Shown here one piece after another: positions 59,493 through 64,000 of a DNA stretch of 64,000 nt (its first letter is position 1; every line of letters starts with the position of its first letter). The notes under the pieces are model-generated. The model searched no databases, had not been told where the DNA came from, and was given only the letters and a program-made list of their open reading frames with translations. This stretch comes from Escherichia phage HY02. A program made the position numbers and the translations under genes. The stretch lies in the sequence record KM092515; one strand, 5' to 3'.

Positions 59493-60593
59493 TTATTCGT
59501 AATCTCGAATAACTAACCCAACAGGGAACTGTAAAGAACCCTTACGAGTCATCTTCTGGAACTGAACCGTTAAAGGCTTCCCGATAAACTCTTCAGGATG
59601 CTCAGCAAGATACTGTTTCTTCTCGTGTGTAGTTTTCCATGAGACATCTACAAAGACGTTAGGAAGAGTCTCTACAACGAACTTGCCATGACCACGTTTA
59701 TCGGTCTTTACACCAGTCACTTTAAACTCTTCAGTGTGCATCTTCTTGTGCTTAATCAAGAAGTATGAACGGTGACAACACTCATAGAAGGAGTCTTCAG
59801 AGATTGAACGGTACATTGCACCTTCAAACTTAGCTTCAACCCACTTATCATGAGCTTCATCGAATTCTTCCCAAGAATTTACACGACGAGACTTAACAGG
59901 AACAACTTTACAGCCGTCTCTAAAGTCATTCAATGGTGAAGTCTCAATAATATCTCTACGCTCAGGCCACGTCTTAGTGCTGTCACAGATATCGTACCAG
60001 TAGAACTGGAGTAGATGTCGGTCTGGATTGTCAGCATTCTTAATCATAGACACAATATCTTCTAAGTCCCAACCATGAGCATAAATCTCACCATCAAAGT
60101 CTTCGACTTGTGGATGTAATTTAAGCAACAAAAGCAAATCTGGGATTAGTTCTGCTGGGACGTTGTAAACAGTATTCTCACGAGAATAAGCCGTGAAACT
60201 AACTGAATCAGCGTCTCTTGAAATTCTACAACGAACTCCATCAAGTTTTGGTTGAGCATCAGCAGGGAACTTCAGATACTTTGCATGACTAACCTTTGCA
60301 GCATCATGAGCAAGCTGTACACCTACCTTCTCAGTATTCTGTGCAGACTCTTTTGTGTAAGCATAACCTTTGCGGTCAACTTGCTTTTTATACTTTGCAG
60401 CAACTTCAAAGAGAGCTTGCTGTTCAGCGTTACGCTCATTCTTTTTACCGATGTTCTTAGGCTCTGCTGTATACTCTTCAAACATCATCTTGCCATTTTC
60501 TTTGCCATACGTGGTAACAACTTTGTCACCTACAGCAACACATGACCAGACGTTAAAAGAGCCATCTTTATTTTGTTTGTACAGTGTTGTCAT
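59493..60593 (-). CDS. lig: ATP-dependent DNA ligase
   Basis: adenylation motif I KLDGVR (KxDG) in a 366-aa ORF. Confidence 0.75.
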   Translation of the reverse strand: MTTLYKQNKDGSFNVWSCVAVGDKVVTTYGKENGKMMFEEYTAEPKNIGKKNERNAEQQALFEVAAKYKKQVDRKGYAYTKESAQNTEKVGVQLAHDAAKVSHAKYLKFPADAQPKLDGVRCRISRDADSVSFTAYSRENTVYNVPAELIPDLLLLLKLHPQVEDFDGEIYAHGWDLEDIVSMIKNADNPDRHLLQFYWYDICDSTKTWPERRDIIETSPLNDFRDGCKVVPVKSRRVNSWEEFDEAHDKWVEAKFEGAMYRSISEDSFYECCHRSYFLIKHKKMHTEEFKVTGVKTDKRGHGKFVVETLPNVFVDVSWKTTHEKKQYLAEHPEEFIGKPLTVQFQKMTRKGSLQFPVGLVIRDYE

Positions 60594-60796
60594 TTTCTCT
60601 TACCACCAATTTCTACGTCGATAACCTGAACATCACCAGCAACATCAAACTTATGAATGATGCTTTCCACAGTGTAAGTACAACCATCAATGCGAACCAA
60701 CTCACCTTCTCGTGGGATGATGGGATTACGTTGAGCTACGGTTGTAGTGGAGTGAACAACATCATAACAGTAGATATAGTTTACTAGGACTTCCAT
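60590..60796 (-). CDS. hypothetical protein
   Basis: 68-aa ORF coupled to ligase. Confidence 0.4.
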   Translation of the reverse strand: MEVLVNYIYCYDVVHSTTTVAQRNPIIPREGELVRIDGCTYTVESIIHKFDVAGDVQVIDVEIGGKRK

Positions 60797-60805
60797 ATCT
60801 TTTCC

Positions 60806-61024
60806 TTAAAATGATAAGTTAATGCTAATACGTTCACCCTTAAGGACTCCTGTACGGTCTCTTGCAATCTTACCGTCAACGATAATGATATGCGCAAACT
60901 TTAAAGACTCACTATTAAAACCTTTTACGAACTTACTAGGCATTACCACAATACACATCTCCTGAATCAACTCTGGAGTATAGCAATTGTCGTGAAGTTG
61001 CTGAATAACGTCTGAAAGTTTCAT
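60806..61024 (-). CDS. hypothetical protein
   Basis: 72-aa ORF. Confidence 0.4.
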   Translation of the reverse strand: MKLSDVIQQLHDNCYTPELIQEMCIVVMPSKFVKGFNSESLKFAHIIIVDGKIARDRTGVLKGERISINLSF

Positions 61025-61075
61025 ATAACCTCCTATATAAGATATTGTATAAGGTACTCTTCCCTGAGCACCTTG

Positions 61076-61609
61076 TCAAGATAGTTTTGCAAACTCTCCG
61101 TGGAGTTTTATAGCAGCTTCACAGTAAGCTTTGTGGGCTTCTTCAGGTGTGTCATGATAACCTAAAAACATCTTCTTACCTCTATAACTTATCTGTGCGA
61201 CCCACTTACCAGACTTCTTCTTAAGACTTACACCCTTGTACCCAGATTTATTGGTGACTAGCTTACCTTTATTCCAAGCACTTTGAAAGTCATCTGCTTC
61301 CCTTAAGTTTACAATCCTGTTGTCAAGTGAGTCTCCGTTGATGTGGTCAATGATACCTTTTGGCATCTTGCCATACACGTAAAGCCATGCGAGTCTGTGT
61401 GCTTTATGTGCTTTCTTGTCAAAATAGATACTAATCTGTTTATGACCACTTGAATCAGTCTGGATATTACCTGCCACCTTTCCTGCATAATTACTGTTAA
61501 AAACACTAACAGCTCTTGATTTACCTTCTCTACGAAGCCAAGTAAAGACCCCTGTTTCGGGGTCATAGTGTAGCAGCTCCTTTAAACGTTTTTGTAAAAT
61601 AAAATCCAT
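61076..61609 (-). CDS. HNH homing endonuclease with AP2 DNA-binding domain
   Basis: HNH motif HINGDSLDNRIVNLR; AP2-like SGYKGVS...GKWVAQI...LGYHDTPEEAHKAY. Confidence 0.8.
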   Translation of the reverse strand: MDFILQKRLKELLHYDPETGVFTWLRREGKSRAVSVFNSNYAGKVAGNIQTDSSGHKQISIYFDKKAHKAHRLAWLYVYGKMPKGIIDHINGDSLDNRIVNLREADDFQSAWNKGKLVTNKSGYKGVSLKKKSGKWVAQISYRGKKMFLGYHDTPEEAHKAYCEAAIKLHGEFAKLS

Positions 61610-61612
61610 TAA

Positions 61613-63940
61613 TCAATGTACCTCATACCAGCTCTTACCAACCTTTGCTGTACCAGTTACAAGTGTTTCTTTCCTCAAACCTAAGTTTTTTGAAGCTTGC
61701 CCATACATCCAGTCAGCAATTGCTTTCATATCATGTGTCATACCCTCTGGGCATTCCCAACTATTTTCGTCGTGATATGCCAGAAGTAACCTTGCTCCGA
61801 TAGCTGGTTTTCGAGCATTCAGTTTTGTCAGGCCATCTTCACAGGCTTTTCTTGCTGCTAGGTTGATGGCTTCATTCTGAATCTGTGCTTCCGAACTCAT
61901 CAGGAGGTAGTTCAGTAGTTTATGTGGAGATTTGCACCATATCCATGCTCCAGCGACCCTGATATAACCACCTTTAGCAATTGAAGAGTTCTTCCCAAAA
62001 ACCTCTTCCAGAGCCTTTTTAGACGCCTTAAAATCAGCTTCTAAGCTATCAAGTAACTTCTTAATCTTTGGCAGACGCATATAGTAAGTTTGTTTCGTCA
62101 ATGCACCTTCTTCCGTAGATGATGCCTTGATAGTTTTTGCAAACTTCTCATCTCCGGCTCCAAATAACAGGGCGTAGATGCCATTTTTGCTCTTCTTACG
62201 ACCTTTTGTAATCTCGTGAAGAAGTTCCTCATCCTGTGTCTCCCTGCAACGAACAATATCCTCTTCTTTGTTAAGACCAAAGTAAATACTGTTCAGTGTA
62301 TGCGCATCAGTCCCCGTGTAGACTTCATAGAGGTCATTTTCAGCATCATAGCGCAGATACTTGTCAGTTTCTGGGTTAAGATACTTGTCAAGATGCTTAC
62401 AGTAGTATCTACCATCATCTTGCTTAGTGAACTCTACTGACTCTTTACCTTCAGTTACTGCTTTAGTGAAGTCTTTATCACCCATAAAGTTACACAGTAA
62501 AACAAGCTGTGCAGAGTTCTGGTCAACTGAAACGATATTAGTACCTTCCTCACAAATCCAAACTTCCCTCATAGGTGCTCCATAGACAGCAGCACCAGAC
62601 GGTACGTTTACAATACCATATTGTGTCATACGTCCAGTTGAAGTACCAAACACCATTGCACCAGCACTAAGGCGACCATCAGGACGAATCTGGTTCAACC
62701 AACCTTTTTCATCATCTTTTGAGTTCTCAATAGTTCTGCGTCGGTGCATCAAAGTATAGTACTTAGCAATCTTCTGTCCAAGCTCACCTTCAATCGTATC
62801 ATAAGATGATTCAGTAAGTTTTGGTGAAGTCCTAATCAGACAAGGTTCAAGTAAGTCTGTGTACTTCTTAACAGACCAGTTATGCTCTATGTACTGTACA
62901 CCTTCATGCTCAACATAACTCAAACCACACCGTTCCACCATCTCATCCCACTTAGGATGTTTTGTAATCATCTTTTTATTGTCTTTGAAACGACAAACTT
63001 TGACAGGGCGACCATCTGAGTCTTTCTTGTAGTTCCAGTCATCTGGAATCCAACCAACTGATTTCAAGTAGTCTTTAACAACTGCTACCTGAGTCATACG
63101 AGAAACTTCAAACTCGATTGGTGTATATGGTGCATCAATCAAACCTGTGTAGCGACTTGACTCAAGCTCAAAGTGGTTAACAACATGGCTGTTATAGTAC
63201 TTCACAGTTTTAACTGTTTTTACTGGCTTCCAGTCTTTGCATTTCTTACCAATCTTTGCGTTCAACTCATTGCAAATTGCACGAGCATCCTTCATTGCTA
63301 CAAAGCCTTCCTTGTACTCTTCACCAGTTACAGAGTTGGTTGGTGTATAGCAATTCCGCTTTTCAATGTTAAAAATCTTTGTAGTTGGCTTACCAAATGG
63401 CTTGATTTCATATGTCTGCATCTCACCATTACGTACCTGCTGACGATACTTTGTCTTAGGATACTTGGTAATTCTCTTCAGTCCATCTGCATGACCAAAT
63501 GCTTCAACATACTCATTCCAAGCTTTTGCAAACTCTTCTCCAGTGACTTTACCTTTAGTCTTAATAGTTGGAGGGAGATGTGGTTCCACTTCTGAAGCAA
63601 GCTCATTAGTCAACTTGTCAAGTTCCTTTACATGGAACTCCATAAGCTCTTTATCAGCCTTCCAACCATTGATAGCTTGTTGACTCATCCAGAAAGATGT
63701 TTCTTTAGCTCGCATGTAGGTTTCATAAGTATCTATGCCACACTTCTTTAGCTTCAGATATTCATTATCCAATGCACGTTTAGTTTTGGCGTTAATACGG
63801 ATATCTTCCACAACACGAGTGAAGATTTCTGCATTCCACACACCCCAATGTTCAATCTCTGGTTTACGAACACCAACACGAGCACCCCATGCTGCCAAGC
63901 CATGAGCACCTTTATAGCCTTTTGGAGTTGGTCTATCCAT
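61613..63940 (-). CDS. DNA polymerase, family A
   Basis: motif A-like VSVDQNSAQL, motif B-like RKKSKNGIYALLFG, motif C LLAYHDE; 775 aa, start near the window edge. Confidence 0.8.
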   Translation of the reverse strand: MDRPTPKGYKGAHGLAAWGARVGVRKPEIEHWGVWNAEIFTRVVEDIRINAKTKRALDNEYLKLKKCGIDTYETYMRAKETSFWMSQQAINGWKADKELMEFHVKELDKLTNELASEVEPHLPPTIKTKGKVTGEEFAKAWNEYVEAFGHADGLKRITKYPKTKYRQQVRNGEMQTYEIKPFGKPTTKIFNIEKRNCYTPTNSVTGEEYKEGFVAMKDARAICNELNAKIGKKCKDWKPVKTVKTVKYYNSHVVNHFELESSRYTGLIDAPYTPIEFEVSRMTQVAVVKDYLKSVGWIPDDWNYKKDSDGRPVKVCRFKDNKKMITKHPKWDEMVERCGLSYVEHEGVQYIEHNWSVKKYTDLLEPCLIRTSPKLTESSYDTIEGELGQKIAKYYTLMHRRRTIENSKDDEKGWLNQIRPDGRLSAGAMVFGTSTGRMTQYGIVNVPSGAAVYGAPMREVWICEEGTNIVSVDQNSAQLVLLCNFMGDKDFTKAVTEGKESVEFTKQDDGRYYCKHLDKYLNPETDKYLRYDAENDLYEVYTGTDAHTLNSIYFGLNKEEDIVRCRETQDEELLHEITKGRKKSKNGIYALLFGAGDEKFAKTIKASSTEEGALTKQTYYMRLPKIKKLLDSLEADFKASKKALEEVFGKNSSIAKGGYIRVAGAWIWCKSPHKLLNYLLMSSEAQIQNEAINLAARKACEDGLTKLNARKPAIGARLLLAYHDENSWECPEGMTHDMKAIADWMYGQASKNLGLRKETLVTGTAKVGKSWYEVH

Positions 63941-64000
63941 CCATTGAACACGAGACTGAATAAGAGAATCCTGAAAGAAATTACTCCACGGCTTACACTT

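Overview
This window looks like part of a virulent, AT-rich tailed-phage (myovirus-like) genome; all calls rest on motif reading and gene order by eye, with no database search or folding run. Layout: (1) a + strand early block (26-14164) with an rIIA-like GHKL ATPase, a secreted SLT transglycosylase, a macro-domain protein and about 14 small genes that share a near-identical promoter, 5' UTR stem-loop and RBS; (2) a 1.6-kb ORF-free region (14220-15849) packed with short direct repeats and an AT-rich tract, a candidate origin; (3) a - strand block (15850-23078) with a GH24 endolysin and Ig-like repeat proteins; (4) a Ro60/TROVE-vWA (Rsr-like) gene (23760-25175) immediately followed by a cluster of about 26 tRNA genes (25341-30165); (5) a + strand late module with terminase, portal, prohead protease, capsid, sheath, tube, tape measure, baseplate and HxH tail fibres (30388-54299); (6) a - strand replication/nucleotide block with thyA, folA, DNA ligase, an HNH-AP2 homing endonuclease and a family A DNA polymerase (54335-63940). 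The most interesting signal is the Ro60-like protein together with four Y-RNA-like elements inside the tRNA cluster, one of which (26068-26199) has a permuted tRNA-like domain as in bacterial YrlA. tRNA coordinates and anticodons are hand-folded and need tRNAscan-SE confirmation.
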